64,000 nucleotides of DNA from Octopus sinensis (taxonomy: Eukaryota), in contig NC_043004.1 in assembly GCF_006345805.1 (NCBI RefSeq), positions 77,810,001 to 77,874,000 of the forward strand, read 5' to 3'. The notes beneath the pieces were generated by a model. The model did not search any database and was not told the DNA's origin. It worked only from the letters and a program-made list of their open reading frames with translations. Below, piece after piece: positions 1 to 10,800 of the stretch; within the stretch, counting starts at the first letter, position 1, and each line of letters starts with the position of its first letter. The position numbers were made by a program, and so were the translations under genes.

Positions 1-1099
1 ACCTGAAGAAGCATTCACATGTGGACAAACATGTCTTCAATCAAATACAATTTTACTCTCCTACATTTACTAAAAAGCTTATCTCCCATTTGGTTAATAT
101 CAACGTGTGTGTGAGAGTATATATGTATAGTAAAATTCTCAAATTCTATTTTCATGGTTTATAGTCATATGTGCAAGTATATACACACACTCATATGTAT
201 ATTATATATACACCTATTTATATTTAGGAAAATTCTCTATAACATGTGAAGTAACAAACAGTAGCATTGTGTGTGTGTGTAATCAGTTTCCTGTTATTTG
301 TAGACATCTGAGAAGAAAAAAAAACATCAAAAAGGTTATATCAACATGCAAAAACAGATTATTGTCATCATTATTATTCATAAACATGCATGACAGGTAA
401 GCAGTTCTCAATGAACTGGAGGTTGACATCATCTTCAAAGTGAATGAAATGTTTATTAGAGACCAGAAGTGCCATAAATAACAATAGATATATCTATGAG
501 ACAGGGTGACCGACTGTGTGTATATGGGTGACAATGTGTCTGAAACAAAGAAGGAGTGATTGCAGGTGAGAATATATATCTGTGGAACAAAGAGGGGTGG
601 GGGGAAACGACATCTATTAAATAGAATAGAACAAAGTGGAAATGAACCTAATTAAGTGAAACCTAGTGTCAAAGGCTGAAGGGATTGTGTCAAATACAGA
701 ACAAAAGAAAAGTGGTAAGGGCAAAATAATAATAATAATAATAATAATAATTATTATTATTGGTAACTAAAAATGTGATGGTGTCTCAGGCGCAAAGTCT
801 GACTCAGAGATAAGACTTACAGTAATTTGTTGGTTATTGTAGACATAGCAGCAAGTGTCCTTCATTCAAGACACTTCTGTGATACTGATAGAGGGACACT
901 GAAAGAGACAGGGAGCTTGTGTCAGAATAAGGAGTTTCCAGTTCAAAAATTGTTAAAGGTTGCATGAGAACATAGTATGTGTGTGTGTGTGATATTGTGA
1001 TGTAATGGTGCACCTGAGCACTGTATACAATAATTTCATTATTATTTTATTTTATTATTTTAAGAGGAGAATGCTAGTCCAATGTTAAGCCCTATAAAG

Positions 1100-3040
1100 C
1101 AATAGAAATATTCTTTTCTAATCTAGGCACAAGGCCCGAATTTTTGGGGAGAAGGGGGCCAATCGATTAGATCAATCCTAGTATGCAACTGATACTTAAT
1201 TTATTGACCCCGAAAGGATGAAAGGCAAAGACAACCTCGGTAGAAATGCAATAGAAATATTGTAAACAACTTGATTGTTGGGTGAGAAATAACATTGGTG
1301 ATAAATTTTGGCACAAGGCCAGCAATTTCAGGGGAAGCAATAAGTTAATTACATTGACCCCCCCCCCCAGCATTCAACTAGTATTAAAGATAAAAGGTAA
1401 AGTTGACCTTGGCAGAATTTTAATTCAGAATAAATGGCACTCAGCATGTTTCTGGTGCTGTAACAATTCTGCTATCTCACACTGCCTTATGGGGAAATAA
1501 TCCTTTCTATTATTGGCACAAGGCCTGATATTTTACTGGTACTTAATTTATTGACCCCGAAAGTGAAATACCACTAAGCATTTCGTCCAACATATTAACG
1601 ACTCTGCCAGCTCGCCACCTTTCTTATGAGAAATAATAATATTGAAATGTAGCAGAAAAGATAGAGGTTGGTGTGTGGAGTAGATAACTTTGATATCTGC
1701 TTACACCAGCTTTAGAAATATTTTTCTTTTTTTATTTTCAACCCATGAATCCTATATATGAAGGATACCTGGAGGGAGATAACAGATGTTCTGAACCTAA
1801 AGACATAGACTTAAATGATGTTATAGTACGACTGCTAATAATAATGGCTTCAAATTTTGGCACAAGGCCAGCACTTTTGGGGGGAGGGAGTTAATTGATA
1901 ATATTGATTGCAGAGCTCAGCTGGTACCCATTTTGTTGATCTTGGTAAGATCTGAACTCAGAACATACAAAACCAGAAGAAATTTTGTCCAATGTCTGAA
2001 GGATTCTGCTAGTTTGCCATCTTTAATAATAGTAGTAAATTTTGCAGGGAGGAGGACCAGTCAATTAAATTGACTCCTATCCAGAACTCAATTGGTACAA
2101 TTTTGGCAGAATTTGGAAGCACTTTGGTGTGCTAATAATTTTGCAAGACCACTGTCCCTTTATTAAAAAAAAAAAAAAAAATCCAGCACTCAAAGGCTCA
2201 TGCTAGTTAATAACACTTTCTACTGTAGGCACAAGGCCTGAAATTTTAGTGGGAGGATGAAGTCCATTATATCAGCCCCTCTACTCAACTGGCTCTTAGC
2301 CCTGAAAGGATGAAATGCAAAAATCAACCTCAGTGGAATTTGAACTCAGAATGTAAAGACAGAAGAAAAACTGTTAAGCATCTTGTCCAATGAGCTGGGA
2401 TTTCTGCCAGCTCACCAACTTACGTACATTAATAATAATAATCCTTTCTACTCTAGGCACAAGGCCTGAAATTTTAGCAAGAGGGGACTAGTTGATTATA
2501 TTGACCCCAGTGTTTCACTGGTGCTTAATTTATCAATCCCAAAAGGATGAAAGGCGAAGTCAACCTCGGCAAAATTTTAACTCAACATAGTAATGAGTGA
2601 AATACCACTAAGCATTTCACTCAGCATGCTAATGATTCTACCAGCTTGCTGCCATAATAATAATCCTTTCTACTATAGGCACAAGGCCTGAAATTGGGGG
2701 GAGGGGAACAATCAATTATATCAACCCCAGTATGCAACTGGTACTTAATTTATCAACCCTCGAAAGGATGAAAAGCAAAGTCGACCTCGGCAGATGAAAT
2801 ACCTATTTCTTTACTACCCACAAGGGGCTAAACACAGAGAGAACAAACAAGGACATACAAACGGATTAATTCGATTACATCGTCCCCAGTGCGTAAGTGG
2901 TACTTATTTAATTGACCCTGAAAGGACGAAAGGCAAAGTTGACCTCGGCGGAATTTGAACTCAGAACGTAGCGGCAGACGAAATACCGCCAAGCATTTCG
3001 CCTGGCATGCTTACGATTCTGCCAGCTTGCCACCTTATTA
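1100..3040 (-). mobile_element. Cluster of about 9 co-oriented tRNA-derived SINE copies separated by (TAA)n
   Basis: Minus-strand head GGCGGCGAGCTGGCAGAATCGTT (A-box-like) and GAGTTCAAAT (B-box), with core GCCTTTCATCCTTTCGGGGTCGATAAATTAAGTACCAG. The core resembles the Meta-SINE domain from memory, unverified. Confidence 0.85.
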
Positions 3041-4950
3041 ATAATAATAATAATAATACAAGGAAGAGAAATACATTTAATTGTTAAAAAGCAAATCATT
3101 AAATAATATATTGATTGGATAAAATAATAATGAGGTTTAGATAAAACACAATTTCTTGTGAATTACAGAGAGAAACAAATTTGTATCTAACTACAAAATA
3201 TGATATCTTGTATTATAGGTAGGACATGTGATATCCTGTATTTAACTAAAGCATGTGACAAAACTAAACACAAACTGGGATTAAAAGCACAATTTTGCAC
3301 CAGGTGATACATTAACACCTGTAAAAGATGGTCATTGTCTGCCAAAGTCAAAACCAACACCCGAACATGCTAAAAATCATTCAGGTTGCTATTTAATTAA
3401 TTCAACTTGAAAAATAGAATTTTGACTCAGAAAACTGTTAAATATTCTTCAAGACCAAGAGGTGTAAGTATGGCTGTATGGTAAGAAGCTTGCTTCCCAA
3501 TTGCATGGTTTAGGGTTCAGTCCCACTGCTTGGCACCTTGGACAAGTGTCTTCTACTATAGCCTAAGACAGATCAGTCTTGTTAGTGGATCTGGTAGAGG
3601 AAATATTGTACATACATGCACACACATCTGTGTGTGTACGAGTCTGTGTTTGTCCCCCCCCCATTTTACAACTACTGTTAGTGTGTTTATGTCTCTATAA
3701 CTTAGCAGTTCAGCAAAAGAGACCAATATAATAAATACCGGGCTTTAGAAAATCAAAGTGCCGGGATTGATTCATTTGACTAAAAATTCTTCAAGACAGT
3801 GCCCCAGCTTGGCCACAATCTGATGACTGAAACAAGTGAAAGATAAAAACAAAGAAAGGAATGCTAAAAAGCAAGCAAATTCGTGACAGTTTTCAATTTT
3901 GTATCTAGAGTTCTAGGTTCAAATCCCTACATGGTCAAAACAGGATTAAATTCAGTTGACTATTTCGCTTCTCCCCACCACTATATACTATCACCCCTAC
4001 TGCAGAGAGAAAGCTTTAAACTTGTGCCAACATTAGAAATCAATAACATTGAAATCTAATTTCTCAATGATTAATTAAAATTAGCTTAGATAATTGTAAG
4101 GTGTAAACTTATAATACACTAAAATATGGCGTTCAGCTTATAGATAGGTGTTTGTCTCTAATTAATGGAAACCATTATTAAATTACTCACTAATGAGACA
4201 GAATAATTCAGAAACTAATTAAATACAGTTGGGAAAAATATTTGTTTTTTTTTTCTTCTTAGTATAAACTTATAATGACCAATATTTAATTATGAAGCTA
4301 AATGAGTAAATCTTATTATAATTTACTATTTCATAGTAATTCAGTATGCAGCACAACATATCAAACATTAGTCATAAGCTGTTAATCAGGGGCCTAGTGT
4401 GAGAGAGTGTTTAAAATTTTACATAAAAGCAAACATTAATATACACGTGTATGTATATGTGTGTATATATATATATTATATATAGAGAGAGAGAGAGAGA
4501 GCTAAAATGTCAAATTATCTGACGTAATTTTACAAAAAACAAGCATTAACATGTGTGTGTGTATATATATACACACATGCGCTGCACACATACACACACA
4601 CACTCCATGTGCGTGGTGAGAGGAGAGATGCAATGCTAGATCTAATAGTATCTTTCTCATTTCGATATCCAATAAAAAACGTGGTTGATGTCAAACTGCG
4701 GACAGAATAGTCCAATACCATTTCATACTTTGATGTCTTCAATCAATGAGAGAAGAAGAAGAGGACCCTGAAGCATTTGACAGAAGTTAAGACTTTTATG
4801 GTGGAAGTCAAATACACCATCACAGAACTGTTTAATGGCAAAGAGCCAAGCTTGGATGGTTTCCTGGCAGAGTATATAAACATAGAAATGAGAATTCAGC
4901 TTCTATATTAGAAATAAGCTTCATCATACACCCATGTTATATCATGTGAT

Positions 4951-5265
4951 CACCGTGACTGTCACCGTGACCGACCAGGCTATCAGATGTTGCTACATAT
5001 CGCTGGTCACAATGCGCTTTGCATTGTTTTAGCCTTCAAATGACGCCACCCACCTGGCTAAGCGGGCAGGCCAACAGAAGAAAGAGTGAGAGAAAGTTGT
5101 GGCGAAAGAGTACAGCAGGGATCACCACCACCCTCCTGCCAGAGCCTCGTGGAACTTTAGGTATTTTCGCTCAATAAACACTCACAACACCCGGTCTGGG
5201 AATCGAAACCGCGTTCCTACAACTGCGAGTCCGCTGCCCTAACCACTGGGCCATTGCACCTCCAC
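4951..5265 (-). mobile_element. Full-length tRNA-derived SINE with 12-bp TSD
   Basis: Head TGGAGGTGCAATGGCCCAGTGGTTAGGG...GGTTTCGATTCCC. ATATCATGTGAT occurs at 4939-4950 and 5266-5277. A truncated relative lies at about 22245-22315. Confidence 0.88.
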
Positions 5266-5317
5266 ATATCATGTGATACTGAACTACATTATATAACTAT
5301 CTGGTAAGATATACTTC

Positions 5318-5348
<31 letters not shown>

Positions 5349-6040
5349 GACTTATAAATTGATGTTGGTTTATAAGATGGCATTCTTGAAGCTACAAGAT
5401 ATTCCGGCTGAGAAGGTTTCCTGACTGAAGAATACAAGGACAGAGATGGTAACTGGGGCACACATCTGTTATTTTATTTTTCTAGTCAAATGAAAGTGAA
5501 CCATTTAGCATTCAGATTTCTCTGTCAAACGTAATGCTGCTTTATGCACATTGTTTTCAATTAATCTGGCATTATGTTGTAGCTTTGAGATGTCAATGAT
5601 GTGACAATTTTTAGAATGCCAGCACCATCCGTACGTGGTCGATGCCAGCACCACCTTGACTGGCTTCCGTGCTGGTGGCACGTAAAAAACACCAACCGAT
5701 ATTGGCCGTTGCCAGCCTCCCCTGGCACCTGTGCCGGTGGCACATAAAAAGCACCCACTACACTCTCGGAGTGGTTGGCGTTAGGAAAGGCATCCAGCTG
5801 TAGAAACACTGCCAGATCAGACTCTCATCAATATTTCGTGTTCTAAATTCTAGCTTTTGTAATCTGAGACAGCAATAGAAAAAAGTTAGATGGGTTTTCA
5901 AGTGTAGAAAGACTGAGAGTTACAGATACTAAAAACTGGTAATTAATAATTTCAGCAATTCCAAAATAAGGAAAAGTTTGTACATTCTACCAAATAACAA
6001 CTAAAAATTAAATTCAAAACATTGAAACAATTCTAAATTT

Positions 6041-6242
6041 GAAAATTACTATTTTTAAATCTCACAATGAGAGATATTCAGTACTTTGGAGTAAAGATTG
6101 TTTGCCAACATTAATGTGGCAGTCCTGGTTTAGGACGAATGTTGCTGTAATTTAGCCCTGATGTTTCCTGAGGCTAAATTACAGCAACATTCGTCCTAAA
6201 CCAGGACTGCCATGTTATGTTGGCAAATAATCTTTACTCCAA
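6041..6242. mobile_element. Hairpin element copy 1 (about 45-bp leader plus inverted arms, collapsed spacer)
   Basis: Arms TTGGAGTAAAGATT...GTAATTTAGCC. TCTAAATTT flanks both sides (6032-40, 6244-52). Confidence 0.85.
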
Positions 6243-7232
6243 CTCTAAATTTACTTAACACTGAAAATTACAAGAATAATCAATAACTGAATATTTAGAA
6301 CAGCAGAAAAGTGTAAATTTCATATATAGTTCATATTTTAATCATATTCAACAGCTGTTTCGTTAGAGTTGACATCATTAATTACATAATTGAGTTAACT
6401 AATTAATTTAAAAGTTCTGTTTACCTCAACCATCAAGAGTATCATGTATTGTATTAATTAAAAAAACCTGTAACTGAATATTACTTTGAAATAATTACAA
6501 GCAATGAAGACAGGAAAATATTATTGAGGATATTAAAAATACTGAGAAAAGACCAGTGTTGACCAGAACTGAATAATTGCTAAACCTGCTCTTTCGTGAG
6601 ATTGTTAGAAACCGATTGTTTTAGGTCTACACCAATGTTATTAGTAGTCTGTCTTCAACAATATACTTAATCAATAAAACATAACAGTGGAGAATGTGTA
6701 GCTTGTGTGTGTGTGTGTATTGTATGATTATAAGTGTCAGAGCCTTTGATAATCAGACGATGAGTGAGTAGCTATTGAAACAAGTCTGTTAGGTACACAT
6801 TACCTGAGGGCAACACAGCCGACACACACACACACACACACATTGTTATCATACAATGAATACAAACACCTGTAGTTGCTCTCTTATGACACAAACAATA
6901 CTTGGTGGTCTTCAATGGCCACCAAAGACAAACAATAGACCATCTCAATGTCTGCTGCTTACTTTGTTGTTACAATTTGAACAATAAAATAATCCTCTAA
7001 TTAATTTCATCACTACATTTTATTGGTCTTTTCTCCTTCTCTCTCTCTCTCTCTCCTGCTTACTTGCCTTTCCTCTCTCATTGCAACAAGGCTATCATTC
7101 CATTCTCTTCTAATCATGTTAATTACTTCTTACATCCTCCTCTTTTCTCAACATAAAAAACACAGAAAAGGTTCGGTGTAGAGAGGAACGGAGCCAAAAG
7201 ACTACAATTAAGGAATCAACAAACATGAAAGA

Positions 7233-7542
7233 GAAAATTACTATTTTTTAAATCTCACAAGAGATATTCAGCAACAGTACTTTGGAGTAAAGATTATTTG
7301 CCAACATAACATGGCAGTCCTGGTTTAGGACGAATGTTGCTGTAATTTAGCCCCAGGAGACATTGTCTCCAGCTTTTTTATTTGAGCTGAGTGGGGTTGC
7401 TAGATTCCCTTGTTTGAAAATATAAGGACACAGATCGTGTTGTATAGCCAGCTGGAGACAATGTCTCCTGGGGCTAAATTATAGCAACATTCATCCTAAA
7501 CCACGACCGCCATGCTATGTTGGCAAACAATCTTTACTACAA
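7233..7542. mobile_element. Hairpin element copy 2 (same leader, about 93-bp arms, about 75-bp spacer)
   Basis: Same leader and arms as 6041-6242. ACAAACATGAAAGAG at 7219-33 and 7539-53. Confidence 0.85.
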
Positions 7543-7690
7543 ACATGAAAGAGTTTATCTAAAAACAATAAAAAGACAAGGAAGAAACTCCACATGAAAT
7601 TTTACGTCCAGCAAGATTTTAGTTGATTTGTGTAGAATGAAGCAAAACTGAAAATGTAATCAAATAGAGAAGGGGAAAGATTTTAATTAC

Positions 7691-7844
7691 TTTTGGATGA
7701 TTATCATAGAGTTCTGAATCATCGTCGTCTGTAAGGGCACGGCTGCCATCGTTGGTCCCGATATAGGACTCACCATCATCTGTGACAAGGACACTTGCGT
7801 CATCTTCTGTACGGCCATAAGATTCACAGTCATCAGGAATGTAT
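7691..7844 (-). CDS. Dyb: Dystrobrevin tail exon (154 nt): [51 protein letters not shown]
   Basis: Acceptor ccccctttag, and phase 2 fits the previous exon. Open, acidic and Tyr-rich like the alpha-dystrobrevin-1 tail. The donor AAA|gtaatt is only moderate. Confidence 0.84.
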
Positions 7845-10800
7845 CTAAAGGGGGAAGACCAAGCATGACAGAGTTATGTGAAAGAAATATAACAGCAAAC
7901 ACATTTGGGATAGCAGAGTGATGGCTAAGGTAGTGGGCAGTTATGTTATGGACTTTTGGTTTGATCCCACTATCAGGTGGAGTGGGGTATTTATTTAGAC
8001 TAGTGGTTCTCAACTGTGGACCCCAGGCACAAACGTAAACAAACATACAGATGCCTGCCTGACTGGCCCCCGTGCCAGTAGCATGTAAAAAGCACCATCC
8101 GAATGTGGCTGATGCCAGTACTCCCTGAGTGGCTCTTGTGCCAGTAGCACATAAAAAGCACTATACAAACGTGGCCAATGCCAGTTCCCCTTGACCGGCT
8201 CCTGTGCCGATGGCACGTAAAAAGCATCCATTATACTCTCGGAGTGGTTGGCAAAAGAAAGGGCATCCAGCTGTAGAAACATTGCCGGATCAGATTGGAG
8301 CCTGGTGCAGCTGCTGGCTCTCCAGACCTGCCAAACCGTCCAACCCATGCCAGCATAGAAAACAGACGTTGAATGATGATGATACACACACCATTTTTAT
8401 ATGTTGTTCCTAAGGATCATTTTAGCTGATTCTTTATATACATTTTATATACATTCTAGTTTTTTCCACAAGGATTTACTACAATATTATATAACATCTT
8501 GGAGTTTAACAATCTGTTGTTGAGCCCTTAATTACTGGGGATTTCTATTTTTCATTGTTTATGCATCAGTTCTTTTCATCTGTATATAAAAACACACAAA
8601 CATACACCAGGCTTCTTTCAGTTTCTGTATCTTTAATCCACACAGGAGATATTGGCTCAGGGTATAATAGGAGACACCCAAGATGCCATGCAGTGGAACT
8701 GAACCCAGAACCGTATGTGTGCCCCACCATACCTTCTTACTTATTTATCTGCCAACCTACTGACACACTCGCCCACATACCTATCCACCTGCCTACCACT
8801 TTGTTCATTAACACAGGAATTATGATGTAACCTCACTACAAAATAATTACTCTTGCAAAATTGGACAATATTTATTCATAGCAACAATTAGTGTTCAGTT
8901 TCCATAACAACCATTTCCATAGCAACTATTATGAACGATACCAGCATTAATATGAGTTGGTATAGTATCAAATTCCGACTTTGCCTTTCATTCTTTCCGG
9001 GTCGATAAATTAAGTACCAGTTATGCACTGAGGTCGATATAATCGACTTAATCCATTTGTCTGTCCTTGTTTGTCCTCTCTGTGTGTAGCTCCTTGTGGG
9101 TAGTAAAGAAATAGGTATAGTATCAGTACGTGACAACATCTCTCTAACAATGGTTTCCATGGTGACAATGTAGCTATTTAGCAACTCAGGCAGCAACTAT
9201 TGTAACAACAAATCTTACAAACTACAGCAATGTTATGGTAGTTATCAGGTTAACAGTTGGTGCAACGGTTGTCATGACACTAGCAATAGATATATAAGAA
9301 GACCCAAAAAAACTGGCACCCGATAATTTATGACAATGAGTGTCCCACTTTGACCTGGTCAACAGAACAGCCCCTACACATGAAATAATTAACATGCAAG
9401 TGGCTGAGTACTCCCAATGTAGATTCAGTAGGACACAGAAATATGACATGGCTGGACCCTTTGAATTACTGGTACAACTCATTTTTGCCAGCTGAGTGGA
9501 CTGGAGCAGGGTGAAATAAAGTGTCTTGCTCAAGGACACAAGGTGTCACTGGGAATTGAACTCACGACCTTACAATCATGAACTGAATACCCTAACTACT
9601 AAGCTACGTGTCCTCACAGAATATGACAAGTTGTCATGACAACAGCAAAGTAGCAATAAGCATTTTGGCAGCAGTCACTCACAGGTGGGTGTGACCCCTG
9701 ATCATTTGTACCATGCTTAGTTGTTTTGGGTACCTGTATGAGCAGATGATGACACCCCTCTCTCCCTTGGATCTCCCACCCTTGGTCCTGTGGAACATCC
9801 AGGATGGGAAATGTGTAGGAAGAGAGAATGAAAGAGGCTGGCATGCATTTTTAGCTGAGAAAACTGGAGTAATGTGAAATGAAGTGCCAGTCGGGGAATT
9901 GAACCCACAGCTTTACAGTTGTGAGCCTAACACTCTAACCATTCGGTCACACACCTTCATTATTAATCTCTATATCATAATAATAATAATAATAATAATA
10001 ATAATCATCCTTCCTGCTATGGGCACAAGGCCTGAAATTTGGAGTGGGGTGGACAGTCAATTACATTGACCCCATTATTCAACTGGTATTTATTTTATCA
10101 ACACCAAAAGGATGAAAGGTAAAAATAAAAATCTTGGTGGAATTTGAACTCAGAATGTATAGATGGGCAAAATGCTACAAATTTTGCTGGTTTGCTATCT
10201 TAATAATAATAATAATGGTTTCAACTTTTGACACAAGGCCAGCAATTTCAGGGAAGGGAATAAGTTGATAATGTCAACACCAGTATTCAACTGGTACTTA
10301 TTTTGTTGATCCTGAAAGGATGAAGGGCAAAGTTAGCTGTGGTGGAATTCAAACTCAGAACATAAAGATGTACAAAATGCCACAAAGCATTTTACCTAGT
10401 GTACTAATGATTCTGCCAGCTTGCTTCCATAATAATAATAATAATAATAAACACTATAGTAATAGCTGATGTAAATGTTGGTTGGTTTCTCCAGTCACAC
10501 TTAAAATCGCATAGTGTTAACACAAAAAATGCAGGAACTGTGCATCAAGTGCACATACTACGTTTGATGGCAGGCACAATTTGTAAGTTCGAGGTATTTA
10601 TACTCTGGTGAAATTAAATCAACTCATAAATAAACCCCTCAAATCCATAACTACATACACACACAGTCACATATCTATGTATGTATTTCTGTATGTTTGA
10701 AGATAATCAAAGCAAATTTTCATCATTTCCAGCCACAAACCCAATGAGTATTTCTGCCAAGTTTGGTGAAAATCCATTCAGCCTTTTTCCAGTAATTTTG

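Noticed and set aside
4951-5265. tRNA genes at A/B-box motifs (also 40196-40532, 31490)
   Set aside because: The tRNA-like heads continue into SINE bodies and are multi-copy, often TSD-flanked, and I saw no complete cloverleaf.
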